NCBI GenBank assembly: GCA_951406725.2
Contig: OX597827.1
Coordinates: forward strand, 20,894,001-20,958,000
DNA from: Octopus vulgaris
Taxonomy: Eukaryota
Length of the DNA: 64,000 nucleotides
Reading direction: 5' to 3'
The position numbers were made by a program, and so were the translations under genes. The notes beneath the pieces were generated by a model. The model was not told where the DNA came from. It was given only the letters and a program-made list of their open reading frames with translations, and made no database searches. Shown here one piece after another: positions 1 through 13,998 of this stretch (positions within the stretch are counted from its first letter, which is position 1; each line of letters opens with the position of its first letter).

Positions 1-274
1 TGGGTATACATTGTGAAACAGATGAGGTTAGGAAGAGCATCCTGCTGTAGAAACTGTGCCAAGGCTGGCAGTGAAGATCAGTTCAGCTCTGCAGCTCAAC
101 GGATCCTGTCAAACCGTCCCACCCATGCCAGCATGCAAAACAGACAATGATGATGACGATGATGATGATCGTCATCATATATCATATATATATATATATA
201 TATATAGATACATATATGTATATATATATATATGTATATATACATATGTATATATACGTATATATATATATGTA

Positions 275-344
<70 letters not shown>

Positions 345-345
345 A

Positions 346-398
<53 letters not shown>

Positions 399-537
399 TA
401 AGTTTAACAATTAAGGATAATCTCTTAATAAGGGATCTTAACAAGAAATTATCGGGTAGTTAGCGTGAAAACCTCATAAAAGAAAAGAATTCGAAAATAA
501 TTTTTTTCTTTTGAACAAATTAATTATATCTATATTG

Positions 538-684
538 TATAGAGGGCATTATTACACATAAATGCCTCACACTAAGAGGGACAAAGTCATTACTACCAAA
601 ATTATACTAATATAGTATAATTTTGGTAGTAATGACTTTGTCCCTCTTAGTGTGAGGCATTTATGTTATGCCTGTAATAATACC

Positions 685-691
<7 letters not shown>
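538..691. repeat. Long palindrome adjacent to (TA)n
   Basis: Perfect 54-bp arms (556-609 and 613-666), 3-nt loop, plus an outer 19-bp arm pair. Confidence 0.92.
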
Positions 692-723
<32 letters not shown>

Positions 724-1214
724 GTGTGTGTGTGTGTATATATATATATACACATACATTTATATATATACATACATACATATGCACACACACACATATA
801 TATACATACATACATATATGCATATATATACACACACATACATACATACATATATATATATATAGAGAGAGAGACATACATACACATACATACATACATA
901 CATACATACATACATGCATGCATACCTACATACATATACACATATATATAGCATGTAAATGAATGTGTGTGTATGTGTTTTATACAGAATACACAGATTC
1001 ATAAACATATTCTCAATCCTAGTCACAAATTCACAAATATAACCTTATATATCAATATACACCAATATATTAGTGTGTGTGTATGTGTGTATATATATAT
1101 ACATACATACATTTATATATATATATATATACATATTATATATATTTATATATATATACATATATACATTTATATATATATATATAATATACATATATAT
1201 ATATATATATATAC

Positions 1215-1252
<38 letters not shown>

Positions 1253-1486
1253 GAGCATTCATTCGTGCTCAAGTATATACATTTCTGAATCACACACACA
1301 CACGGATCCCACCCACACATGTACATGGAGCATAGAGGTGCAGAGGTGTAGAACAAAGTGTGGAATCAGTTTCCATATTACTGGAAACCAAATTGGCGGA
1401 GACACCAGTTTGATATTTCTCCAAAGTCTGCAAGCCCATTCTATATCTAAAACAAGTTGTTCACCATCCAACTTCAGCTGTCTACA

Positions 1487-1710
1487 ACCACCACCATCAC
1501 CGCCTCCACTACCGCCTCCACCATCACCACCGCCTCCACCACCATCACTGCCCCCCGCCACCACCATCACTGCCTCCACCACCACCACTATCACCGCCTC
1601 CACCACCATCACCACCTCCACCACCACCACCACCACCTCCACCACCATCACCACTTCTACCACCATCACCACCTCCACCACCATCACCACCACCTACACC
1701 ACCATCACAT
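1487..1710. repeat. (CAC/CAT)n trinucleotide low-complexity tract
   Basis: Direct reading. Confidence 0.9.
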
Positions 1711-2024
1711 CTTTAACTTACTGATCACCTCCTCCTCCAAACCCTTAGTCTACTTCACTCATTTTTTTCTTTTATATTTACAGTTTATCTTTTTTTTTCT
1801 TTTTTTTTTTGTTTAAATATGTTGAAAACTTGTGGAGACGTGTGTATATTATATGTATGTATGTGTGCATATAACTATGTGTGTGTGTATGAGGTATATG
1901 TATATGGTTATATATAAGTACGTGAATCTATAATACCTTTGTGAATATATATATATATATACATATGCACACATGCACATGTGTGTGTATGCATATATAC
2001 ATATATATATACATATATATATAC

Positions 2025-2088
<64 letters not shown>

Positions 2089-2383
2089 GGATCTATAAAC
2101 TGTACATATATAATGGGCATGTGTGTGTGTGTGTGTGTGTGTGCGCATGTATATGAACAGTCATGTGTGTGTGGTTGGGAGTGTACGTGAGTGCATGCCT
2201 GTCTCTATCCTATTTTGTGGTGAACAATATTTGGAGGTTCGTTGAAGGATCGATGTCTCGGTGCCTGTAGGAATGGTTCAATGGAGAATGGATGGAAGGC
2301 TGAGTAACAGGAGAGATTCTATTAGAGTAGAAAGAGGGGGAAGGCATCACCAGTGGATAAATATGCATATTTGTATCTTTCTT

Positions 2384-2414
<31 letters not shown>

Positions 2415-2435
2415 ATGCGAGTGTGTATGTGTGTA

Positions 2436-2568
<133 letters not shown>

Positions 2569-2711
2569 CATATATATGTATATATATTTATATATTATAT
2601 ATATATATATATATAATAATATATACAGAGAGAGAGAGAGATATATATGATATATAAATAATATATACACATAAATAATATATATACAGGTCAGACACAA
2701 TATATATACAG

Positions 2712-2745
<34 letters not shown>

Positions 2746-3363
2746 TATATATATGACTTTTATTGATTGTGCTTTACACCTGTTTTTTCATGCTAGCATG
2801 GGTTAGACAAATGTATAACATTGAGGTTTTGCTGTTTTTCCAGTAGCTTGTTTTCCAAGTCAAGGAGGTTTCATTCCACTTCTGTTTGAAAGTGCAGAAC
2901 TATTGGACGACTTGTTGACAAGAATATGGCATGAGGCAACACTGTGTGTCACTCAGCTTTAAGCAGAATGTAAACATTCACATAGAAATACACATGTATG
3001 TGCACCCCCACCACACACACACACACATATTCACAGACAGACAGATAGACAGACAGGTTGTGTCAGAGAGATTAATTGATAATGAAACAGGGAGCTTATA
3101 CAGGTGTGTAACGGAGACATATGTACCTATATAAATAAATCTATTAGATGAATCTTTAATCACAGCAAGGAATGAAATTTTGATAAATGATACAAACTTT
3201 CTAATGCCATTCAGTGATTGAAGAACTTACTAATTAATAATGCTAATACTATTAATTTACTAATTAATGACAATTATTATATAGCTGTTAAAATCTCTAA
3301 ATATTTTGAATTCAAAAAGTCTGTGCAAATGCTCATGGTACTGTTGAATGGAAAAGGTTGTTA

Positions 3364-3364
<1 letters not shown>

Positions 3365-3403
<39 letters not shown>

Positions 3404-3800
3404 TTAATAATAATAATAATAATAATAATGAAATTATTGTATACAGTGCTCAGGTGCCCCACAATTTGTCAAAAGTGTGTATAAAGCATATGCAGTGATG
3501 TACAAAAGTTTGGGAAGCGAACAGTGTATGAGTCAGATACATGCTTGCGTGTGTATGGAGGGGAGAAAATCAGGTGTAGCATTGACGAATCTCAGGAAGC
3601 ATGGAAGTTTTGAAGGATGCAGTGCTCCGACAACTAACAACTGATGCTGGCAGTTTATTCCATGTTTCAGCAACTCTAAGCATGAAAAAAAAATGTTTCT
3701 GAAAGTCATGGGAGCTGTGCTGTTTTCTGACTTTGTAAACATGTCCACGGGTGTTAGACAGGTGGAGTTTGAAAAGGTGCTCAAAGTTATTGTTTGTAAG
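3365..3800 (-). mobile_element. CR1-like LINE 3' end with (ATT)n tail
   Basis: Minus-strand translation ...FFMLRVAETWNKLPASVV...SFK, a typical CR1 C-terminus. Confidence 0.7.
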
Positions 3801-5000
3801 AAGGCCTAGGAGACAGAGGGTGTGCAGTAAGTAGACCCAATGGAAGGATCAGCTGCACAAGTTGATGATAGTATGGTGAAGAGAGTGATTAAGTGTGTGA
3901 AGGCAATGAAGGCTCCTGGTCCATCAGGTAACATCACTGAGATGCTTACAATACCTGGTAGAGTAGGGCTTGTCTCCAACAAAGTGAATCAGAGAGTACA
4001 AAGAGGGCATCATATCCACTGATTAGTATAGCAGCATCATTGTCAACTGTTACAAAGGGCAAAGGTGACACCCTAGAAAGACATAACCAGGTATTAAACG
4101 ATGTTATGAAGGTTAGAGAGAGGATTAGGGTATAATTGATTAGAAAGAGAATTATCACTGACGAAACTTGGTTTTGTGCCAAGAATTATCAGGTACAGAA
4201 ACTAAACATAGAATTGAAAGACCTCAAGTAATCTTAGCAAAAGCTAAGAGAAAACAGAAATGGCTATGCTTGTTGAGTGGAAAAGAAATAGGTAGAAATT
4301 CCTCATGAGGTACCCAGTGTATATTATGGATGTAGTGATATCAGAGGAAGGCTAACAGAGGAAGTAAACTTTGCATGCAGTGGGTGCACAATGGACAGCA
4401 AATATTAAGACAATGTGTGAAATTGGTGACCTTTTGGAAGTAGTTGATAGTGTTTCTGTTACCTAAGGGACCAGGTGGGTATTCTGAAAGTATAAGAAGC
4501 AAGAACTGGTTGCAAGAAGGTTCCGGGAACCATTACTACTTCTGGCAACGAAAGCATGTTTGTGTATGATGCTTGTGTACAGAAGGTGTGAAGCTGCATT
4601 ATTATGAGATGTGGGTGTTGGAACACAAAGGCTGTGCAAAGACTAGAAAGAAATGAAGTGAGGATGCGTAACACTAACGTGCACGAATGACAGAGCAGGA
4701 ATGAGCTGAGAGAGAGAGAGAGACAAGTGAATATGAGAGGAATGAAATAAAAATGTGTAAGAAAGAGAGAACTGCATTAGGAAGGACATGTGGTGTGCAT
4801 GGAGGAGGACAGTTGTATAAAAGAAAGAAAGTACCAAGTACTTTATGTGAATGGAAACTGAAGAAGATTTGGGACAAAGTGTTGAAGACAGGTCCGAAAC
4901 TGTTGCACCTTACAGAAGTGATGACAAAGGCCTGTATAGATGGTAACATACTGTGAAGGAGAAGATTTCACCCACCTCAACTGGCATGGTAAAAATACAT
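3800..5000 (+). mobile_element. Highly decayed RTE-like LINE
   Basis: KAPGPSG motif and downstream remnants of the RTE C-terminus. Confidence 0.6.
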
Positions 5001-5298
5001 GTCAAAATTTATGTATGTTTGTGTGTATATATATTTGTACCCTTTGTTATATGTACATATAAACACGTATGCATGCACATGTGCCTACATGTAGCTTCTC
5101 CTAGCTCAAACACATCACTGGCCCCTCTTACCACTCATCTGTCTATCCCTCATACCACTGTCACACGTCTCTAGCATCCTCACCACTCATGCTACCATTG
5201 CCCACCCCTCGATCTCCCTCCCCTCTTCAAACTCTCACTGTATTACAGTATAGGTGTAATTAAGGATAGCAACAGATCTCTTTGGCTCCCTATATATT

Positions 5299-5530
5299 TG
5301 TTTCTTTATTGCCCACAAGGGCCTAAACATAGAGGGGACAAACAAGGACAGACAAACAGATTAAGTCGATTACATCGACCCCAGTGCATGACTGGTACTT
5401 AATTTATCGACACCAAAAGGATGAAAGGCAAAGTCAACCTTGGCAGAATTTGAACTCAGAACGCAACGACAGACGCAATACTGCTAAGCATTTCGCCCGG
5501 TGTGCTAACGTTTCTGCCAGCTCGCCGCCT
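5299..5530 (-). mobile_element. tRNA-derived SINE, family A
   Basis: Head GGCGGCGAGCTGGCAGAAACGTTAGC, B-box GAGTTCAAATTC, core GCCTTTCATCCTTT...GTCGATAAATTAAGTACCAG. Confidence 0.85.
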
Positions 5531-6492
5531 TAATATTGCTTCACTATAACTAGGGATACCGTTGAACCTATCTGACCCTCCCTCCAACAACCCCTCTACC
5601 CCCTCTCTCATCCTTATTACCCAGCTCCCTCCTCTATTTTAAGGTATATATTAGCATTCAAACTAGCCATACCCAGAACAAATATTGTCCCTGTCTTTTG
5701 TTCAAAGTGACCAGATCCAGCCCTTTACACATAACCTACAATGTCATTTCAAAAATAAGCAATCATGTCATTGAAACTTTGAAGTTATCAGATAATTCAT
5801 GGTTAATTGAAAACAATGTGAACAAACAAGCATTGCCCTTGACAGAATTATCTGAATGCTAAAGGGTTAAGGGGCTTCACCAGACCTGCATGGACCCCAT
5901 AAACTTGATCTGTACGCACCTCTGGCCATTTCATATTGTCATTTTCCATTTACACTCATCCTATATTCCCCCCTCGTGCTATCCATCACTCTCTAATCTC
6001 TCTCCTCTCTTGTGCTAGTGTCATAATTGCTACCAAATGCTACGATTGCTCAGAAGACAAGAGTTTTCTCAAAGACTTAATAACCTTTCTATTGCTGATG
6101 GCATGAAAAATATACCCAGAACTCTGCATAAAACGGTTGGTGCTAGGAAGGACATCCAGCCATAGAAACAGTGGCAAAAACGGTGGTTCCCTCACTCGTT
6201 TAAGAGCATAAAAAGGATTTGTCCAACCCATGCCAGCATGTAAAAGGGACATAAAATGATGACAATAACAATAGTGTTGTTTCGAAATGCGGAGTAGATA
6301 AAACAGGGGACAACTGATGAAGGGAATGTTCTTTATGTTGCCTGTCTCGTTTCTCTGTTTGTTTCTTTCGTTGCTTGAAAGAAAAAGTTCGTTTTCCATG
6401 TTTTTGTTTTTTTTTATGTTCTCATTTCTCCTTTTGTTCATCAATAATGTTTCATTTATTAGAGCTTTTTATTGTTCAAAATGTTATATATA

Positions 6493-6575
<83 letters not shown>

Positions 6576-6743
6576 GTATATATACGTAAAAACATCCATA
6601 ACACTCTTGGAGTGGTTGGCATTAGGAAGGGCATCCAGCCATAGAAAACCATGCCAAATCAGACTGGAGTCTGGTGCAGCCTTCCAGCGGGCCAGCCCCA
6701 GTCAAACCATCCAACCCATACCAGCATGGACAACGGACATCGA

Positions 6744-6787
<44 letters not shown>

Positions 6788-6812
6788 ATATGTGTGTGTG
6801 TGTGTGTGTGTT

Positions 6813-6859
<47 letters not shown>

Positions 6860-8785
6860 TTTCTACAAATGGAAAGGTTTTAATCCATTTTTGCCAAAAT
6901 AAAATCATAAAATATTTTTTTCTGAGGGCTGTGAAACTCCTAAATACCTTAAAAATAAAAGACTTTTCTTCCTTCAAATCGAATTCTGCCAAACGTATTA
7001 CTGGGCAAATATTGGGAGAAAAATAAATGACTCACAAAATTTTCTCCTATTCAAGATTTTGTAAACCTGCTTCCATGACATCTCCCTGATGGAAGACTTA
7101 GTTGTCAAGAAGAAATGTTGAAGAAAATGTTAACCCTACTAGATCAGCAGCAGAGCTAGAATTGGTGCCAACTGGGGCAGTCATTGAATTTAGCCTCTCC
7201 ACTATGAGAAATACATGATATATTTATAAAATGCCATTGAAAATGAAGTTACAGCTCATGGAGGAGTGGACCCAACCCTTTTAGTTATGCTATCATGTCA
7301 GACAGATGTGGGGATTACAGTTTTCTCTAATAACAAACGTCTTAGGTCCCAGAACATTTGTGTGTAACGAAGGAACCAGCTAAGAAGAACTCAACCAGGG
7401 ATTGATTTGTCCAAAACGGATGACCTCATTGTCTGGTGGTTGTATTTTAATAAAGCTATACTTTTCTACACACGCACCTAATCACCATTAATATTTTATT
7501 TGCTCACATGGAAGAGAATGTCTCTTCAAATTGGATCAGTTACCAGAGACAAACACACAAAACTGTAATGATATTCAAGTCTGAAACAGCAGCTTCTATT
7601 CGGCTTCTCTACGCTGTTCTTTCTTTCAGTTTACGGCTGAATTAACAGCATGTGAGATTAACAGTGTTGAATCTACGATAACAATGTTGTACATATACTA
7701 TATACAAGTGCATTGTATATATATATATATTATGACAATGCTGTAGATACCAATATTAGTGTTGTATATAATATATGAATTGTGTATATTATAAAAGTGT
7801 TACTCTCTTATACTTGTTTCAGTCATTTGACTGTGGCCATGCTGGAGTACCGCCTGTTGTATATAACAGCATTCATCATCATCATCATCATCATCATTTA
7901 ACGTCCGTTTTCCATGCTAGCATGGGTTGGACGGTTTTGACTGAGGGCTGGCAACTAGATGGCTGCACCAGGCTCCAGTCTTGATCTGGCATGGTTTCTA
8001 CTGCTGGATGCCCTTCTTAACGCCAACCACTCCGAGAGTGTAGTGGGTGCTTTTTACATGTCACCTGCACGGAGGCCAGTCAGGCGGTACTGGCAATGAC
8101 CTCGCTCGAATCTTTTTACACGTGCCCACCGACACAGATGCCAGTGAATGACGTTGGTAACGATCACGCTCAAATGGTGCCCTTTTACATGCCACGGGTA
8201 CGGAAGCCAGTTGGCTGCTCTGTCAACGATCACAACGATCATGCTCAGATGGTGTCATTATATATACTGTATCCATAGAACTTATAAAAGTAGTGGATAT
8301 CGTGCCTATCAAACATGAAAATATTTGATAACATCAATTCTTTTACTGATTTCCATGCAGTGAATCAAGAATTTTATAATAAAAGTTATTTTCTTTTCAT
8401 TTTACATTTACTAGTTCCAGACAGGTCATCCATGTCCATGTATTTACCTGTTTCTCGTAGCCATCATTGTTGTTTTTATGTCTGCTTATTCCATGCTGGC
8501 ATGGGTCAGACAAGTATTATAATATGCATGTGTGTGTGTGTGTATCACCTGTTAGTATCCATCATCCATACTGGCATGGTTGGACACAAATTTCTTTATT
8601 TAATCAGCAGAAACTACAAAATTATCCAAGAACCAAGAATCAAAGGAACTCAAACTTTCTGGCCCCTGAGTCATTTGTAACTTTTGTCAATAGAAAAAAA
8701 AAAAAGAAAAAAGAAATAGTAACTCAGGTTTTGAGTTCTGTTCATCCTGTTGTGTATTACCAAACATATAAATATATATAACTAA

Positions 8786-8840
<55 letters not shown>

Positions 8841-8849
8841 GTTATATAG

Positions 8850-8882
<33 letters not shown>

Positions 8883-9758
8883 AAATCAATTAATTTGGAG
8901 TAATCATTAATTTCACCAAGTAGATTTCGGCATGTAAAAGCCCCATTCGAGGAAGGTTTAAATAATACTAAGTAATTAAGGCTTTGCCTTTTAAGTGCTG
9001 TGGTTTTACTGAGATCTCTCTTTTAAGTAGAAAGAATAGCCATAACTCTTTGACTGCTATTTCTAAATTCGGTGTGTGGTGAGGCAAATTGTTGCTAAAC
9101 CCTTAATTACTTAGTATATATATATATATATATGGAAAGCGGACGTTAAACGATGATGATGATATATATATATATTTATATAGTTATATATATATATATG
9201 ATAAGGGTAAAATTAATTAATTAATTAATAATTAATAATTCTACCCGGGTGAATTTCGTTATTTTCTTTCTCTGCCTACGTGATATGTTTTTGAGCATAT
9301 ATTGTCTGAGAGTTGTTTCTTACAGTAGAAGAAATAGCTAGTTTCTTTGGCTGCTATTTCTAAAGTTTGGTGTGTGGTGAAGCAAATTCTTTTGCCTAAC
9401 CTTTATTATAATATATAATTATATATATATATATACTTATGTGGTCTGTGTACATCCATCTGTGTATTTTGATGTATATATGTATATTGATGGTTTAGTA
9501 TGCGTATATACTGTTGTATTAATTGAATTATATTTCATATATAATTAAAGACAATATGTATTTTGAATCCGCTCTTCGATTTAAGGTTTTTCCTTGATTT
9601 TTATAATTTATAATTTATATTTAATTCATTTATTTTGTTAATTTTGTTCATCGCATGCTTAAGACCATTATTTGAAAGGACCAATGAAACAAATCCATTT
9701 TTTGAAGGTGTATCCTTCAACTAGTTTTCATTATATTGTTATTTCCGTTCTGTTTTAC

Positions 9759-9807
9759 CAAAACTGTCCGACGAATGGGAATGTGAAACTCTGAGTAACA
9801 GCTTTTG
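9759..9807 (+). ncRNA. Type I minimal hammerhead ribozyme motif (degenerate)
   Basis: Stem I CAAAACTGT/ACAG(C)TTTTG, core CCGACGA, stem II ATG-GGAA-TGT, GAAA, near-palindromic stem III ACTCTGAGT, GUA cleavage triplet. Confidence 0.65.
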
Positions 9808-9978
9808 TTATATTTCTGCTGCTTTTAAATAAAGCATATTACTCTACCTCTGATATTTGAGTACTCCTTTTTACACCTTGTTTCACATTTATGTGCTTAC
9901 TCCAGCATATATATATATATCGCTATATATAATTATATATTATTTACACACACACATACATATATTAATATATATCGA

Positions 9979-10065
<87 letters not shown>

Positions 10066-11070
10066 GTACATATATATATATATATATATATGAAAATCAT
10101 CCCACCCCAACAAAAATAATGTCCTAAAAGCATTCAATTTATATCTGCCTTCATCAAGCATTCTTCCTCACCTCTCATTCCGCCCCCTAATATCCAGCCT
10201 TCCATCACTCCTCTGTCTACAGCACTACTCAGGAGCTGTAATCATTCGAGAGCAGTATATTACTACTGTCCCCTTTCTTAGCACTACCAGTTACCTCCTT
10301 CCTCATTCAGAAACACTTGCACCCCCACCTTGTCCCTATTATCCTCCCTTCACATACTATTTTCTGCTATTAGTTATCTCCCTTCTCTACCCTGTTTTAA
10401 CACCTAACATATCTACCACTTTTCTCAACACCCTCTCATAGCCACCATCACTATAGCCACCCTCATGTACCCTACAGCTTCCTCCTCACCACTCCTACAT
10501 CATACCCACCTTCTGCTCTCTCCTCCTTTTTATGCTACTCCTATCACTTCCACCTTCCACCTCTCCATACTGATATTTCTCATCAACCACACCTCCACCC
10601 TTGTTCATCAACCACTACATTCACCCCTACCCCAATCTCTAACCATCTGTTACTTTCACCTCACCCTTATGCTAGTATCCACCCTCTTCTCCCCTTCTAT
10701 ATCCCCTTCGTGTACCTTAGCAGTTTTCTCTGGTCCTCCATCACCACCTTTTTCACCTCCCTCCCAACTGCTTCCACCGACCCCTATATAATACAGGGGA
10801 GCCATGCCTCTCTCCTAATGTAAGACATTTTTCTGTCCCTCAAAACTGCTCTCTCTCTGCCCAGTTGAAGGGTCAAGCCCACCAAGTTGCCTGCTGACCT
10901 CAATGCTGGTACAGTCTTCTGACTCTGCCAGTTCCAGTCAAACCATCCTCCTACCTAAGCCAGCATGGGTAACATGTGGAGAATGAGGATGACGATGATG
11001 ATGGTTTATACCTATATATATATATATATATATATTCACAAATACATATATATATATACAAATCAATATA

Positions 11071-11117
<47 letters not shown>

Positions 11118-11178
11118 TGGATTCTCTCATCAAAGACGATGAATGAGGGTTCAGTAAATAACCTTCATATATATATAC

Positions 11179-11276
<98 letters not shown>

Positions 11277-11939
11277 TTATATTGATATGTATATATATGT
11301 ATTTATGAATATATATATATATATGTATTTATAAATATATATAATGTATATATATATTTATGTATGTATGTATAGATAGATAGATAGATACATACATAGA
11401 TAGACAGATGCAGTTATGGTTGTCTGGTTAAAAAATTAACTGCAGGACACTTTGTCTTCGGCAGGCATGGTCCCAGGAAGGGGGGAGGGGGCAGAAGGTC
11501 AGAAGGGAATACAATTCCAGGAGAAAAGGGCATAGTAACATCATTTAGAAGGGCGCACTTCTTTTCTTGAGAGGGGCACATGCCCCCTCCGGATCCCCTC
11601 ACCCTTGGGTCTGCCCCTGTTTGGTTATAGTACCAGATTGACTAATTCCTTGGGAGCTGACTAATGCTTTGGCAGACTTTCCAAGAAAAATGGTTGAGTT
11701 GCAAAGCGTGAAGTTTGTTGTCATTTCCTCTGTTAACATCAAACTGTCATGGAGTTTGTAAGGCTAAACTCCAACATAATACATGAAATGTATTTATAAG
11801 TATTTATAACCCTCACCCCCCCACACACACACTCTTACACACACATGTGTGTTTGTGTAAAGCTGTTTCTCTCTCTACACACACATATATATATGTGTGT
11901 GTGTGTGTGTATATATGCACACATGCACACACACGCACA

Positions 11940-11940
11940 C

Positions 11941-11996
<56 letters not shown>

Positions 11997-12040
11997 TGAT
12001 AGATAGATAGAAAGACAGATAAATAGAGAGATATATTGAC

Positions 12041-12107
<67 letters not shown>

Positions 12108-12120
12108 GAGAGAGATAGAG

Positions 12121-12152
<32 letters not shown>

Positions 12153-12282
12153 GTAGATAGATAGACAGACAGACAGACAGATAGATAGATAGAGATAGAT
12201 GTAGATAGATAGATTGATAGATAGATAAATAGATAGATAGATAGACAGACAGATAGATAGATAGATAGATAGACAGATAGAG

Positions 12283-12369
<87 letters not shown>

Positions 12370-12374
12370 CAGAC

Positions 12375-12451
<77 letters not shown>

Positions 12452-12452
12452 C
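11940..12452. repeat. Long (TAGA/CAGA)n microsatellite
   Basis: About 510 bp of tetranucleotide repeat. Confidence 0.97.
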
Positions 12453-12660
12453 AGATATAAATATTCATATATATATATATGAGTGTGTCTATCTAAAACT
12501 AAGAGGCTGAAACTTTGAAGGCCTGTTTTTCTTGTAAAAATATAATTTGTACTCTACAAAAAGTGTTGAGTCCAGTGTATTCAGTCGAAGGTAAAATTGT
12601 TTTTGACATTAAAAAGAAACTCTCTCTCACACACACACACACACAAATACTTATTCATGT

Positions 12661-12725
<65 letters not shown>

Positions 12726-12922
12726 TAATTCTGTATGTATAGGTGGATGTGCAAACTCAATACATGTTGTGTTCACTACCTGTCGAAATGTTTTCCATGT
12801 TTTTAACTGTTTACACTCATACACGCTATATATTGGTGTCTACGCATGCGTGTGTGTGTGTGTGCATGCGTGCATGTGTATGTATGTATGTGTGTATATA
12901 TATGTTTATATGTATGTATATA

Positions 12923-13154
12923 TATTTCTTTACTACCCACAAGGGGCTAAACACTGAGGGGACAAACAAGGACAGACAAATGGATTAAGTTGATTATATC
13001 AACCCCTGTGCATAACTGGTACTTATTTAATTGACCCCGAAAGCATGAAGGGCAAAGTCGACCTTGACGGAATTTGAACTCAGAAAGTAACGGCAGACGA
13101 AATACGGCTACGCATTTCGCCCGGTGTGCTAACGTTTCTGCTAGCTCACCACCT
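12923..13154 (-). mobile_element. SINE family A
   Basis: Near-identical to 5299-5530. Confidence 0.85.
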
Positions 13155-13183
13155 TATTATATATGTATGTATATATGTATGTA

Positions 13184-13258
<75 letters not shown>

Positions 13259-13298
13259 ATATGTATATATATGTATGTATATATGTATGTATATATAC

Positions 13299-13331
<33 letters not shown>

Positions 13332-13399
13332 AGTATGTATTTATATGTATGTATGTATTTATATGTATGTATGTATGTATGTATATATATATGCATGTG

Positions 13400-13438
<39 letters not shown>

Positions 13439-13998
13439 ATATATATATGTATGTATGTATGTATGTAGCTGAAATTTATAGAAAAGCAAAAGACGGAAGC
13501 TAGGTGTGTGAAGATGAAGCAAGTGTATTAGTTTGATGCTCGAGAAAAATGGGAAGATCTTTTATGTTTTGAGCCCACACCCTTTGACAGAAAGGAAAAA
13601 GAGAAAATAAACAATGAGAGAATGGAGAAAAACTTGTAGATTTCTGTGGTCCAGCATGATGAATAATTTGCAAAAAAAAAAAAAAAGCCAGACTTCACAA
13701 CCAATCTTATTCTAAATATGAACAAATTATCTGATGATCAGTTACCTGAAACTCTGACTAAGAGTTTGTGAAGTCAACCACAATAGAACATTATATTACT
13801 CTTCTTGGGATCCAAGGGCCATTTCCCCCACTCTGTTTTACATCTATGTACTTGTGTGTGTGTGTACATATATACTATAAATATATATTTTTACATACAC
13901 ACACACAGAAATATATATGTGTGTGTGTGTGTGTGTGTGTATGCTTGTATGTGTGTATGCGACTGAGTACTAATGTGTATATATAAATACATACATAC

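Noticed and set aside
1251-1816. Pro/Thr/His-rich protein ORFs
   Set aside because: Explained by a CAC/CAT repeat, with no convincing splice sites or domain.
6310-6360. CTGATGA hammerhead core
   Set aside because: No correctly placed GAAA, stem III or cleavage triplet.
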